In this document: positions 1-10,400 of the stretch, in pieces
How the letters are laid out: each line of letters begins with the position of its first letter
Position numbering within the stretch: position 1 is the stretch's first letter
IMG/VR virus record: IMGVR_UViG_3300034682_000034
Location: 1 to 50,650 of that record
DNA: 50,650 bases
Reading direction: 5' to 3' (one strand)
Origin: a virus
The notes under the pieces: model-generated
Told to the model about the DNA's origin: nothing
What the model saw: only the letters and a program-made list of their open reading frames with translations
The model's database searches: none
Made by a program: the position numbers and the translations under genes

Positions 1-127
1 ACCTAAGTAGCCCCCTGCTACGAAAACGTCTCACAGAGCTTCTAATGACAAAACAACGTAAATCGTATGAAGATCGTATCAGTAAAAACAGTTATGACAG
101 TCCTAATTGGGCTGCATTGCAAGCTGA
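1..127. repeat. Terminal redundancy: bases 1-127 are identical to 50524-50650 (overlap of a circularly closed contig; unit genome 50,523 bp)
   Basis: Direct string comparison of window start and end (acctaagtagccccctgctacg...gcattgcaagctga). Confidence 0.95.
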
Positions 128-179
128 TGGAATTGGGTATGAAAGAGCAATTAATGAAATAATTGCATTGTTGAAGTAA
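1..179 (+). CDS. 3' part of a 79-aa hypothetical ORF that starts at 50463 and crosses the contig junction
   Basis: The frame continues from 50463 through the duplicated 127 bp to TAA at 177-179. Its ATG overlaps the portal stop (ATGA). Confidence 0.5.
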   Translation, partial: LSSPLLRKRLTELLMTKQRKSYEDRISKNSYDSPNWAALQADGIGYERAINEIIALLK

Positions 180-195
180 CAAAATCATCATTTTT

Positions 196-335
196 GGAGT
201 ATATACATATGCGCTCCCAGTATTAATATATATTAATATATATATATATATAAGTATATTATATATTAAGTATATTAATTATGTATATAAATTTATGTAT
301 ATAATTAGATAAAGACCTTATCTATTAAATTAAAG
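196..335. promoter_or_regulatory. TA-rich element 1: 17-mer GGAGTATATACATATGC (196-212), about 100 bp of pure A/T, and two tandem TTATGTATATA copies (279-289, 293-303) just upstream of the scaffold gene
   Basis: The same 17-mer and the same architecture recur at 36338-36437. The position, 38-62 nt upstream of the ATG at 341, suits a late promoter. Confidence 0.5.
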
Positions 336-340
336 AAACA

Positions 341-1144
341 ATGTCAGATAATCTATTTAATCCTCAGACCACTGAGAACAACACTACACCTCCTGTTAAT
401 AACAATGGTGCACTGAATGACCTTCTAGCATCCATTAAGAATGAACAGGGACAACCTAAGTATCGTTCCATTGAAGATGCATTGAAGGGTCTCCAGCATG
501 CACAATCCTACATTGCAGAAGTAAAGCAAGAACGAAACACTATTGCAGCTAAGCTTGAAGAAGAAGCTGCAAAAGCACGAGAGGTTGAGGAACTAAAACG
601 TGTAGTTGCAGAAATTACTCAGAAGCAAGATAAGAAGGATGTACAACCTACACCATCTATCGGTGCTGATGATATTACGAATTTGGTTAAGTCCCAACTA
701 GCTATCGAACGCCAACAAGAACAACAGTCTCTCAATAAAAACATGGTTCGTAAGGCACTCGTTGAGAAGTTTGGTGAAGAGAAAGCTGCTGAAGTATTTA
801 ACCAGAAAGCTGATGAGCTAGGATTGAGTGCTGAAAAGCTAACTCAAATCGTTGCAGAGAGTCCGAAGGCTGCACTTGCTATGTTGGGTGTAAGCGGGGA
901 TGTTGCTCATAAGCAAACAGGTTTTTCCCCCAATTCGACTAAGCTCCGTACAGAAGGCGTACCTCAAAGACGAGAATCCCTTATCGGTAAGCTTGATGCT
1001 TTCCGTCTACCTACAGGTCATACTGATTCAGACGTTAAAGCATTGAAACAACGGTCAGATCAGCTCCTTGAAGAACTGAATGAAAACGGTATTACTGTTG
1101 ACGACTTGACCATCCCATCTAACTATTTTAAAATTTTTCGTTAA
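341..1144 (+). CDS. Scaffolding protein (putative)
   Basis: 267 aa, charged and helical (EEEAAKAREVEELKRVVAEI). It lies between the portal region and the major capsid gene. Confidence 0.6.
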   Translation: MSDNLFNPQTTENNTTPPVNNNGALNDLLASIKNEQGQPKYRSIEDALKGLQHAQSYIAEVKQERNTIAAKLEEEAAKAREVEELKRVVAEITQKQDKKDVQPTPSIGADDITNLVKSQLAIERQQEQQSLNKNMVRKALVEKFGEEKAAEVFNQKADELGLSAEKLTQIVAESPKAALAMLGVSGDVAHKQTGFSPNSTKLRTEGVPQRRESLIGKLDAFRLPTGHTDSDVKALKQRSDQLLEELNENGITVDDLTIPSNYFKIFR

Positions 1145-1151
1145 ATAATCT

Positions 1152-2090
1152 ATGAGCCAAAATCGTGCTAATAGTGCTTCGTTTATTGAAACGCAGCAGT
1201 ATTCTAACCTGATTCTGACCAACCTTCATGATGGTCTGTTGCCCGGTCAATTCTACCGAAACGTTACAGACTTTAACTCTGGTTCGGTTCTGAACATTAA
1301 GACAGTCGGTTCTGTTACCATCCAAGATGTGGCAGAAGATGTTGCTGTTGATTACACACCTATCGAGTCTGGCACCATCCAGATGACTATCAAGGAACAC
1401 GTTGGTGATGCTTGGTATGTTACCGATGAACTGAAGGAAGACGGTGCTCAGATTGAGCAACTGATGACTGCACGTTCTATGGAATCGGCCCGAGCACTGA
1501 AGGAAGTGTATGAGTCCCGTTTCCTGCGAGCAGCTACTTCTGCTCTGGTAGGCACCCCTGGTACTGTTAACGGTTTCAACCACGTTCTGGTTGGTTCCGG
1601 CACTAGCAATACCATTGAGATTGCTGACTTCCTGAAGATGAAGGTTGCCTTCGATAAGGCTAACGTACCTCTGGGTGGTCGTGTTGCTATCGTTGACCCT
1701 CTGACTGCTGCATCTATTGCTAGTAAGGTTTCTCTGACCTCTGATGTGTCGGACTTTGCTGCTAAGATTCTGCTGAATGGCTTTGATCGTGACCACGAAT
1801 ACCTGTACAACATCCACGGCTTTAACGTGTTCACCTCTAACCGCCTGCACAAGGGCGCTCTGGGTGATGGCACTACGACTGTGACCGACGGTGTGGCTAA
1901 CATCTTCATGTCGGTGGCTTCGGACAACACCAAGCCTATGATGGCTGCGTGGCGTCGTATGCCTAGTATCGAAACTGAACGCAACAAGGACCTGCGCCGT
2001 CAGGAATTTGTGACCACTTGCCGTTACGGCTTTGGTGTACAGCGTCTGGATACTCTGGGTCTGATCGTTACTAACGCTTCGGTTTACTAA
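1152..2090 (+). CDS. Major capsid protein (putative)
   Basis: 312 aa, directly after the scaffold gene and followed by a hairpin/T-run. Size and synteny are typical of a capsid gene. Confidence 0.75.
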   Translation: MSQNRANSASFIETQQYSNLILTNLHDGLLPGQFYRNVTDFNSGSVLNIKTVGSVTIQDVAEDVAVDYTPIESGTIQMTIKEHVGDAWYVTDELKEDGAQIEQLMTARSMESARALKEVYESRFLRAATSALVGTPGTVNGFNHVLVGSGTSNTIEIADFLKMKVAFDKANVPLGGRVAIVDPLTAASIASKVSLTSDVSDFAAKILLNGFDRDHEYLYNIHGFNVFTSNRLHKGALGDGTTTVTDGVANIFMSVASDNTKPMMAAWRRMPSIETERNKDLRRQEFVTTCRYGFGVQRLDTLGLIVTNASVY

Positions 2091-2099
2091 TTTAATAAC

Positions 2100-2150
2100 A
2101 GAGGGGCTCCCCGATAGGCATATCAACTTCGGTCACTGTGCCCCTCTTTT
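2100..2150 (+). terminator. Possible intrinsic terminator after the capsid gene
   Basis: AGAGGGGC (2100-2107) pairs with GCCCCTCT (2140-2147) and is followed by TTTT. The 32-nt loop weakens the call. Confidence 0.35.
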
Positions 2151-2165
2151 CAAGGAAATAATAAC

Positions 2166-2684
2166 ATGGCTTTTGAAGGCAATTCTGGCCTGCAAGTTGC
2201 AAACCAATATGGCCCTCGTGGCACGGGTGTGACGATTGGCGTAGAACAGACTAACGGCAATTTTAATCGACTGTCCATTGAGTTGACTGGTCGAGGTATT
2301 GCTGAGGGCTTCTCGCCCCCTATCGTGCTTCCTAAGGGTGCTATCATCCGCGATGCTTACGTGTACGTTGATGAAGCATTCAGCGGTCTTACCAACATTT
2401 CGATTGGTCAGGGCAATGCTGAAGCAACCAATGGCATCACGCTGCTTGCTGTCGATTTGGCAGTTGGCGGTAAGAAGGTCACTGACAAGCTTACTGGTAC
2501 ATGGGCTGCTGGTACCCCTCAGACGCAAGCTTCTAATGTGAAGTTTGTCAAGACTGGTACTGTTCTCCCTACGCAAGGTCGAGCAAGTATTGTGATCGAA
2601 TATGTATATAAGCGCCGTAAGGATAACGAATTTGCTGCTGTTGCAGGCACGTTCCCAACTTACAAGGCACAACCTCAGGTGTAA
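2166..2684 (+). CDS. Hypothetical virion-module protein
   Basis: 172-aa ORF in the late plus-strand block, flanked by terminator-like hairpins. Confidence 0.6.
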   Translation: MAFEGNSGLQVANQYGPRGTGVTIGVEQTNGNFNRLSIELTGRGIAEGFSPPIVLPKGAIIRDAYVYVDEAFSGLTNISIGQGNAEATNGITLLAVDLAVGGKKVTDKLTGTWAAGTPQTQASNVKFVKTGTVLPTQGRASIVIEYVYKRRKDNEFAAVAGTFPTYKAQPQV

Positions 2685-2698
2685 TCTTAGGTTGCTCT

Positions 2699-2736
2699 AG
2701 GGGGTGGCATTAATTTGCTTCCCCCTTTTTTATTTT
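2699..2736 (+). terminator. Rho-independent terminator
   Basis: AGGGGG (2699-2704) pairs with CCCCCT (2721-2726), followed by TTTTTTATTTT. Confidence 0.7.
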
Positions 2737-2749
2737 CTAAAATAGAAAT

Positions 2750-3262
2750 ATGGCAAAAATTCAACACAGAGACATTCCTGATGCACAGAGACATGAGGTT
2801 AAAGGGGCTAGTACCGCACTCCCTAATTCTGTACTTGCTTCAGATGGAGCAGGCGGAACCGTCTTTAAGAAAATTGAAGTAGCTAACCTCTCAGGAGCGA
2901 TTCCTACAAACATAGCTGGTCTTCATATTGTAACCGATGGTGTTGGTGGTCTTGCTGGTACAGCACCTGTATTTGCTAGATTCACTCTAGCTTCTGGTGT
3001 TTTAACTCCTGAAACCTCTAATGGGTTTTCTATCAGCGGTACAGGTTTCAATGTAGATACAAGTGGATACTACTGGTTTAGTGTAGAAAAATATGAGATT
3101 GTGACATCTCCTTCTGTAGCTCTCATTAAGAGTAACCTTTATAATCAAACTTCTTCTTCAATTGTTACTACAGCACTAAGTGGGATTGTTTATCTTGATG
3201 AGTTGTTTACTTATGGTTTAGACTCTGATGGAAGTATTTCGATCTGGAAGGTTGGAGCATGA
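2750..3262 (+). CDS. Hypothetical virion-module protein
   Basis: 170-aa Gly/Ser/Thr-rich ORF. Its stop overlaps the next start. Confidence 0.6.
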   Translation: MAKIQHRDIPDAQRHEVKGASTALPNSVLASDGAGGTVFKKIEVANLSGAIPTNIAGLHIVTDGVGGLAGTAPVFARFTLASGVLTPETSNGFSISGTGFNVDTSGYYWFSVEKYEIVTSPSVALIKSNLYNQTSSSIVTTALSGIVYLDELFTYGLDSDGSISIWKVGA

Positions 3263-4011
3263 AGCAAACAGTTTTGGAAATGGTCCAAACAATTCTTTCA
3301 AGTCTGGATGTGGAAGAGGTTAATAGTATCAACGATACTGTTGAAGCAACACAAGTAGCGCTTATCTTGAAGAATACATATTTGAATATGGCTTCTAATC
3401 GAGATTGGTCTTCTCATAAAAAGCTAACAGTATTTAATCATTCAGGAACACCGGATAAGCCAACCCACCTAAAAGCTCCTGAAAACCTTAAAGAACTTAT
3501 TACCTTCCGATACAACACATCTAAAGAAGTAGATGGGTTTGAGTTTAATGAAGTTAAGTATATCTACCCAGATGAGTTTTTGAGGCTTAGTGGTAATCGT
3601 AACAAAAATTCTCAAAACACAAAACTCGTTCAAGATTTCGGTGGAACTTGGTTTTCAATTGTTACCAACAAAGGTCCTAGTTATTGGACAAGTTTTGATG
3701 ATCAATACATCGTTTGTGATTCCTACGATATGAATCTCGATGATGCACTGCAATCCTCTAAAACTCAGATTCATGCGGTTATGTTTCCAAGTTTTGAACT
3801 CACAGATACGTATGTTCCAGATATGCCAGTGGAGGCGTTTGCTGGATTGATTGCAGAAGCTAAAAGTGTAGCATTTGTTGAAGTCAAACAACTGGCAAAT
3901 CAAAAAGCAGAACAAGAAGCAACCCGACAACGTGTATGGTTGTCCCGAAAAGAATGGTCTTTAAAGGGTGGCGTGCGTTATCCTAATTTCGGAAGAAAGA
4001 ATATTAAATGA
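3259..4011 (+). CDS. Head-tail adaptor / tail tubular protein A-like (putative)
   Basis: 250 aa. The N-terminus (VLEMVQTILSSLDVEEVNSINDTVEATQVALILKNTY) resembles the gp11-type N-terminal pattern as I recall it. It precedes a 766-aa nozzle-sized ORF. Confidence 0.45.
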   Translation: MKQTVLEMVQTILSSLDVEEVNSINDTVEATQVALILKNTYLNMASNRDWSSHKKLTVFNHSGTPDKPTHLKAPENLKELITFRYNTSKEVDGFEFNEVKYIYPDEFLRLSGNRNKNSQNTKLVQDFGGTWFSIVTNKGPSYWTSFDDQYIVCDSYDMNLDDALQSSKTQIHAVMFPSFELTDTYVPDMPVEAFAGLIAEAKSVAFVEVKQLANQKAEQEATRQRVWLSRKEWSLKGGVRYPNFGRKNIK

Positions 4012-4217
4012 AGATTTATAAAGGTTTTATCATCAAAACCAATCCACTATCCCCAACAATGTTCACTGTCGCTGTGGAAGGACGTGGTGGTAAGATTCCT
4101 AAAGTATTGGAAGGTAGTTTTACATCCTTTAAAGTTGTGGCTGACATTATTGATAAATACAGTGACGCTCGTAAAGGTAATGTGAAAAATGACAACGAAG
4201 CCAACGCAACGGAATGA
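4008..4217 (+). CDS. Hypothetical small protein
   Basis: 69-aa ORF translationally coupled to both neighbours. Confidence 0.5.
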   Translation: MKIYKGFIIKTNPLSPTMFTVAVEGRGGKIPKVLEGSFTSFKVVADIIDKYSDARKGNVKNDNEANATE

Positions 4218-6489
4218 AATTCAAGGGTTTTCTAAAGGTTTATTCACTGAACTAAACCCTCTAAATTCCCAAATTGATACAACTATCTCTGAGAGTAATT
4301 TTGAATTGAAAAGAAACGGAACTCGTACACGAAGATTCGGGATGGACTTAGAATCGGGATTTACACCAGAACTTCTCGATCTGGATGAGGCTACCGTTAA
4401 TAGCTCTAAGCTTGCATCTTTTATGTGGAAAGGTGTGTCAGGAGACCCAAGTACACAGTTCTTTGTAGTCCGTATTGCTAATAAACTTAAATTTTTTAAG
4501 CTTAATTCCGATAACGGATCAGAGTTTGTATCAAGTGTAGATATTCCCGTCACACCAGAAGACTCTGTATCTTTTACTGCTGTACAAGGATTTTTGGTTA
4601 TTGCGACGGGTAAAGCTGATATGCTTCTGGTCTCATACAATCTTATTTCAAAAACTTTCTCAGTCTCAACGTTTAGAATCAGTATTCGAGACTTCTTTGG
4701 GATTGAGGAAACTATTGAGACACGGTATGAGACAGATAATGCATATCGAGGAAAACTAAACTGGCAACATTACTACAATCTTTACAATCAAGGTTGGGGT
4801 ATTCCAAGGCGCCCATGGTCACCAGTAACGGGAGCACCTCTTCGTGATGCTGTATCGCTAGGTTCTAATTATCTTCATACAACTCAATCCCCAAGTAACC
4901 ACGATAAGGTTTGGTCGGGTCTGACACAGAGACCTCGTAGTAGTCCTGATTTCCAACCCTTTGAAGCGTTCAACTTTGAACAGTTTCAAGCAATTACCGG
5001 CGTTGAAGGTTTTGTCTCCAAAGGGTATTTCATTATTGATGCATTTAACCGAGGAGCTTCTAGACAAACACAGTGGGTTTCCCATAAGAATAAGTACCCT
5101 GTAACAGGTAAACTTATTAGCTCTTTTAACCCACCTGCCGATATCACATCAAACGGGCCAACCTCTATTGCAACACACGCTGGAAGAGTATTCTATTCAG
5201 GGGTTAATGGAGTGGTTACAAATGGTGATAAAAGAAGTCCAAACTATAATAATTTTGTATTCTTCAGTCAATTGATTAAGAATCAACAAGATTTTGGTAA
5301 ATGTTATCAAGAGGGTGATCCAACAAGTAGAGAATCCTTTGACCTAGTTGACACTGATGGCGGTTACATTGTAATTCCAGAAGCAATTAACATTCATACA
5401 ATGTATTCACTTGGGGACCAATTGTTCTTGATTGCAGAGAATGGTGTTTGGTCTATTGCTGGTGGATCAGGATATGGATTTACTGCAAGTAACTATCTTG
5501 TTACTAAACTATCCTCGTTCGGTGGGTATCCTGGTAACTCGTTTGTGGAACTTGGTGGAGTTGGATTCTTTTGGGGAAGTGACGGAATCTACACAATCTC
5601 TAAAAATCAATACGGTGATTACGAGGTTTCTAATCAAAGTAAAAGCACAATTGATACTTTCTTCCGTCAAATCCCTGCACTAGCTCATTCAAATGTGCAA
5701 GGATTTGTTGATAAGCATCTTAATCAAGTTAGGTGGATTTACCGTGAAGGGGACTTGTTTACCAATTCACAAGTTAAAGAGCTAGTTCTTGACCTAAATT
5801 TTAAAGCATTCATCCCTAATACCATTTTCAACACTTCCACAAACACTTGCTCAATTATTGCAGGTACTCATGGTGGAGAATACAGTTCCAATGTTATTGA
5901 GGATTCGGTAATAGTTGATTTAGATGATGTAGTTGTAAATACGGATGATGTTATTACAGATGTGACAACTCAAAAAACTCTATCAACTAATGCTAAATAT
6001 GTAGGGATTCAAAAATCAGGAACAAGCTTGTATCTGCTAATCTGTGAATACAATAATACGGATTTTATTGATTGGGGGTTCACTGGGGTTGGTTCTGACG
6101 CTGAAGCCTTTATGATGACAAACACTTTCACAGGTGGGGATTTTGCAGTTAAGAAGCAAATACCTTACTTGACAATGGCATTTGCAGAAACTGAAAGAAC
6201 CTATGTCAGTGGTGTAGTGGATCAGGAAAGTTCTTGTATTGGAAGATTTATGTGGGACTTCACCCACAGGGAGCGATCTAATAAGTGGACAAGAGAAATG
6301 CAGCTTTACCGTAAGAGTAAGTGGTATTATGCTGATCTCGATATTGACAACGGTTTTACTTTGAACGTTGTGAAAACGAAAGTACGTGGTATTGGCCGAT
6401 CTTTCGCACTCCATGTTAAAACCGAACCACTGAAAGCTTGTCATATTTATGGGTGGAATTTAACACTAACAGGGAATACCGCGACATGA
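4189..6489 (+). CDS. Tail tubular protein B / nozzle-like (putative)
   Basis: 766 aa. Called on size and position between the adaptor-like gene and the internal virion proteins. Confidence 0.5.
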   Translation: MTTKPTQRNEIQGFSKGLFTELNPLNSQIDTTISESNFELKRNGTRTRRFGMDLESGFTPELLDLDEATVNSSKLASFMWKGVSGDPSTQFFVVRIANKLKFFKLNSDNGSEFVSSVDIPVTPEDSVSFTAVQGFLVIATGKADMLLVSYNLISKTFSVSTFRISIRDFFGIEETIETRYETDNAYRGKLNWQHYYNLYNQGWGIPRRPWSPVTGAPLRDAVSLGSNYLHTTQSPSNHDKVWSGLTQRPRSSPDFQPFEAFNFEQFQAITGVEGFVSKGYFIIDAFNRGASRQTQWVSHKNKYPVTGKLISSFNPPADITSNGPTSIATHAGRVFYSGVNGVVTNGDKRSPNYNNFVFFSQLIKNQQDFGKCYQEGDPTSRESFDLVDTDGGYIVIPEAINIHTMYSLGDQLFLIAENGVWSIAGGSGYGFTASNYLVTKLSSFGGYPGNSFVELGGVGFFWGSDGIYTISKNQYGDYEVSNQSKSTIDTFFRQIPALAHSNVQGFVDKHLNQVRWIYREGDLFTNSQVKELVLDLNFKAFIPNTIFNTSTNTCSIIAGTHGGEYSSNVIEDSVIVDLDDVVVNTDDVITDVTTQKTLSTNAKYVGIQKSGTSLYLLICEYNNTDFIDWGFTGVGSDAEAFMMTNTFTGGDFAVKKQIPYLTMAFAETERTYVSGVVDQESSCIGRFMWDFTHRERSNKWTREMQLYRKSKWYYADLDIDNGFTLNVVKTKVRGIGRSFALHVKTEPLKACHIYGWNLTLTGNTAT

Positions 6490-6932
6490 GTTATGAAGTG
6501 AGTAAAGCAGAGTATAACGATTTAGAGTGGATTGTAGATTGTGCAGTTGTTAAGATGCTTCAAGATGAAGTTAAAAATATGCAATACTACAATAAAACAT
6601 CAATTACCGATTTGGTTATGAATGCTTTGCTCTCAGGTACTCTGCTGATTTGTAAGAAAGAAGATGAACGTGTTGGGGTTTTGGGGGGCGTACTTGTCCC
6701 TCATTATCTCAATACTGATAAGAAAATTTTAGCTGAAATCATTTGGTACGTATCTAAAGAGCATAGAACTGGTAGAGCTGGCTATTTACTCTTAAAAGAG
6801 TATTCTAAGATGGCTAGGGAAATTTCCGATATGGCAACTTTCTCCTTGTTAGCTGACTCACCAGTTAGTGATAAAACACTTATGAAATTTGGATTCAAGC
6901 CAACTGAAAGAAGTTTCTTAATGGAGAATTAA
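6486..6932 (+). CDS. GNAT-family N-acetyltransferase
   Basis: Motif A-like segment ILAEIIWYVSKEHRTGRAGYLLLKEY. The ATG at 6486 overlaps the upstream TGA (ATGA). The ORF track's longer start at 6438 is less likely. Confidence 0.65.
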   Translation: MSYEVSKAEYNDLEWIVDCAVVKMLQDEVKNMQYYNKTSITDLVMNALLSGTLLICKKEDERVGVLGGVLVPHYLNTDKKILAEIIWYVSKEHRTGRAGYLLLKEYSKMAREISDMATFSLLADSPVSDKTLMKFGFKPTERSFLMEN

Positions 6933-7418
6933 ATGGCTGCTGTTTCAACACTTGCCATGGTAGGTCTCGCTGTTGCTGCTGTAGGAACTGCTGGTTCTTT
7001 GTACATGCAAAGCCAAGCTAACTCAGCAGCACAAGACGCTGCAAAGGCTCAACGTAAAGCTGCTGGCGTACAAGTGGCGCAGAATGCTGCCCAAGCTGCA
7101 TCTGAGCGTAGGCAACAAGCTCGAGAAGAACGTATCAAACGAGCCCAGATTATGCAGGCTGCTGAGAATACAGGCACTTCATCTAGTTCTGGTGAAGTTG
7201 GTGCTCTTGGTGGTATGGGTACTCAGTTGGGGGCTAATATTGGATTTAATCAGTCTATGATTAATCTAGGTAGACAACAAACACAGTTCGGACAAATGGC
7301 AGCAGATGCCAACACAAGAGCTAATCAGTACAGTAACTACGGAAGTCTGTTCCAACAAGCTGGTTCTTTGGGCTCTGGTTTGTTTAGTTCGGTCGGTGGA
7401 TGGAAAGCACTTAAATAA
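6933..7418 (+). CDS. Internal virion protein with N-terminal TM helix (putative)
   Basis: N-terminus MAAVSTLAMVGLAVAAVGTAGSLYM followed by Q/A/G-rich low-complexity sequence. It precedes the giant ORF. Confidence 0.55.
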   Translation: MAAVSTLAMVGLAVAAVGTAGSLYMQSQANSAAQDAAKAQRKAAGVQVAQNAAQAASERRQQAREERIKRAQIMQAAENTGTSSSSGEVGALGGMGTQLGANIGFNQSMINLGRQQTQFGQMAADANTRANQYSNYGSLFQQAGSLGSGLFSSVGGWKALK

Positions 7419-10400
7419 TGGATAACGAGCAAAGCCAAATTGACCCGATCCTGTATCGGGAACCTGATGAAGATCAGAAAGTTGTTATTACAGCACTCCC
7501 AGATAGGGCACTGAATGTCGAGGCGGCTGCGCTTGCCCTTCTGGAGAATGATGATGAGGCAGCTCTGGAGAAGTTTAAGAACCTCTCTGGAACCCCTCGC
7601 AACATGAAACCCGAGATGATTACCCGAGAGGGTGAACGTCACATGCGGGACTTTGAAGACTATATTCGTAGCGGACTGGTTAAAGTTCTCGCAGACCCTA
7701 CAGTCCCTATTGAACAAAAGACTGAAGTAGTAAAACAGTCTCAGAGTGGTTCTTTTGCACCCCCTGATGCACAGACAACACTTTACAATAAAGCATTGAT
7801 TGCAGACTCTGCTGGTGAATCTGAAAAGGGTTCTAAGGTACGTGAAAGCATGGCTATGTCTGCATTTAAGGCCGCTGAGATTCTAGAGGAAAGACAGGGA
7901 ATTATTAATGCGGCTGTTGGTAAGCGAGACGGTACACTAAATCAGGTTACAGACTTCCTGAGTATGTTGGTGCCTTTGGAAGCAGGTATTACTGCTGCTA
8001 AGGTTGCCAACAAGGAAGGTGGAAGTGTTGCTGTAGCAGGTGTGCTTCCAGGTACATACATGCGTAAGCTTAGTGATAAGTTTAAGGGCATGCCTATCGA
8101 GGAACAGAATGCGTATTTGCAAGAGTTGGCAACAATTGTCTCTAGTTCCTCTGGTCTGACAACTTCTAAAAATCAATTGAGAACAGAAGCTTGGCTTTCT
8201 GAAATCTCCGGTGGCATGGGTACTGCTGATGAGATGTTGGAAAACTTCTTTAATTTGCTGGATATTGTAGGTCTTGGTTCTACAATCAAGGGGCTTCCTA
8301 AAACCCTAGCAAAGGCGTCTGACTCTGCTAAAGCACTCTCTTCTCGCGCACAAGCAGAAGTAGGTAAGAACGCTAAAGATTGGTTTGAGCGTACAGGTCA
8401 AGATGTTAGAATGTCTAAACAATATGATCCTGAAACGGGGTCTATCAGTGAAGATGTTATGTCTAACATCGGTAGACAGGAGGTAGTACCTAGTATTCCT
8501 AAATTTAACAAGGATGTACAAGATGCCGCTAAATTGGAAGCCCAAGCTGTACAACTGAAAGACACAGCAAGCTTAAAGCTTTCTCGTGATGAGTTTGAAG
8601 AAACTCGTTCTAGCCTTGAGTCTATTAAATCTCAGAAACCCAAGCTATCACCAAATGCTACTCCTGCTGAGCTTCAAGGTTATTTGGAAGCCAAGAAGGT
8701 ATATCAAGAGACAGTACAAGGTTTGACCCAGAAACTGGAGATTCACCGTAATGCTGAAAAGGCTGAAGATGCACTTCCAGATGTTTTGAATAAGATTGAA
8801 ACACTGAAAAATTCTGAGGCTCTTGAACCTGTTCCTTTGAACCCGATTGCTGCTGCTATTGACAGAGCTTACAATCAATCCTTCTTGTTCACACACAACC
8901 CAAGAACACCAGGATTTATTCTGAACTTGACAAATCCAGATAAGGCACGAGCAGTTCAAGCTCAGATCATTATCAATCAATCTGATGAATTGGCTGAAGC
9001 TATTCATGGTGTCAATCGTCAAGAGGCTCTTGTTAAGGCCGTAGCACCTCAAATTACAGATGCTACTGGTCGGGTTAAAAAGCTAGTAGATGATCCTGAA
9101 CTATCTATTCGTTCTATTATGGCTTCTGAACTGGGGGAATCTATTAAGAATACCCACGATGGTTTCAGATATACAGAGAAGGAGATTGCTTCAGCAAGAG
9201 CAAATATCGTCGGTAACTACAAAGAAGTTACTGGATTGCAACTTAATGATGCAATGACCTCTTTCTCTTTTGATGGGGATACAATCAAGGTTAGTGGTGT
9301 CTACACTAATGGACAAGGTGGCTGGACAACTTCGGAAGAGGCAATTTCACAAGCTAAGTTTGCATTGCGAGACAGAGGTGTTAAAGATTCTGATATTGAG
9401 GTTTTGAAACTAGACGGTGACGAGTTTGTACCCGTAGATAAGGATGCTGTTTCAGGTCAAGAGGGTGTCTTTGCTGTACGCCTAAACGTTGAAGACAGAA
9501 TCACAGATGCAGATGTTGGTGAATGGGATAAGTTGGATGTTAAGCGTAACTTCCTAGACCGATTCCAAACACAAGGTTCTGGAGCTGGTTGGAGTAGATT
9601 TGTATTTGAGCCCAACAGCATGCTCCATCGGAGACTCACAGGGCCAATGTCTGTTGCAGATGATAAGAGCACCATCATCACTAACTCCCTTCTGTTGAAG
9701 TTTGAGAAGTTTACTGACTCTTATGTTAAACTCCCTAACAACATAAAGAAGGATGTGGATCATTACATTCGAGATGCTAACGTTCATGAGATTGCTTTTG
9801 ATCGTGTAGCCCTCTCTAACAGATTCCCACCTAATGTTGTGGATATGTTGCAAGAATGGAGAGATGCCTGGGATACGATGTACTTGTTGGAAAATGCTGA
9901 AGTTGTTAAAGCTGTGGATAAAGAAGGCTATAAGCTTTTCTCCCACCCTAACATTGAAGCTGTTGTTAAGCAACGTCCAAAGAGATTTGAAAACAATGTA
10001 GCTTATGATCCAGCAATTGATTCCGTTCGTACACTGACTAAGACTGAGATTGATGACATTTATAACAAGGGTGGTTATATCGGTGAATTCCGTAGACCTA
10101 TGACCTTGAACGGTTCTACCTCAGACTTCATGATTGTACGCAACACCCCTACAGAGTATGCTCGTAAGCTTCGAGATGATGATCGTCTACTGAACTATAG
10201 AGAAGGTTACTACCAAGTTTCCTATAAAACTCCTAAGTTTATTGATGAAGAGTATACTGATTCAAGTGGGGTAAAACGTACTCGTACTATCGGTGTTGCA
10301 GGTTCTGTTAAGGAAGCTAAGGCTGCGGTTGATCGTCTTCAATCTCAAGGTAATGGTAACACTTATAAATATCGTGGTGATGAGCGTGATGTTCGTCGTG

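Noticed and set aside
1-127. Interpreting the 127-bp end duplication as a biological direct terminal repeat or a mobile-element boundary
   Set aside because: An exact short overlap at contig ends is the normal signature of assembling a circular or circularly permuted molecule. It also falls inside a coding frame that continues seamlessly. The true termini must be determined from reads.
215-335. The TA-rich tracts (here and at 36365-36437) as a CRISPR array, microsatellite artefact or low-quality assembly
   Set aside because: There is no repeat-spacer periodicity. Both tracts are framed by an identical 17-mer and the same 11-mer, which argues for a real, selected element rather than noise. 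An assembly collapse within (TA)n cannot be excluded without reads.
1128-2672. Long minus-strand ORFs (1128-2126, 1448-1987, 2133-2672) opposite the capsid and the following gene
   Set aside because: They are antisense shadows of clearly coding plus-strand genes. Their composition is Ser/Arg/Cys/His-rich and unlike real proteins. They also break the strict strand organisation of the late block.
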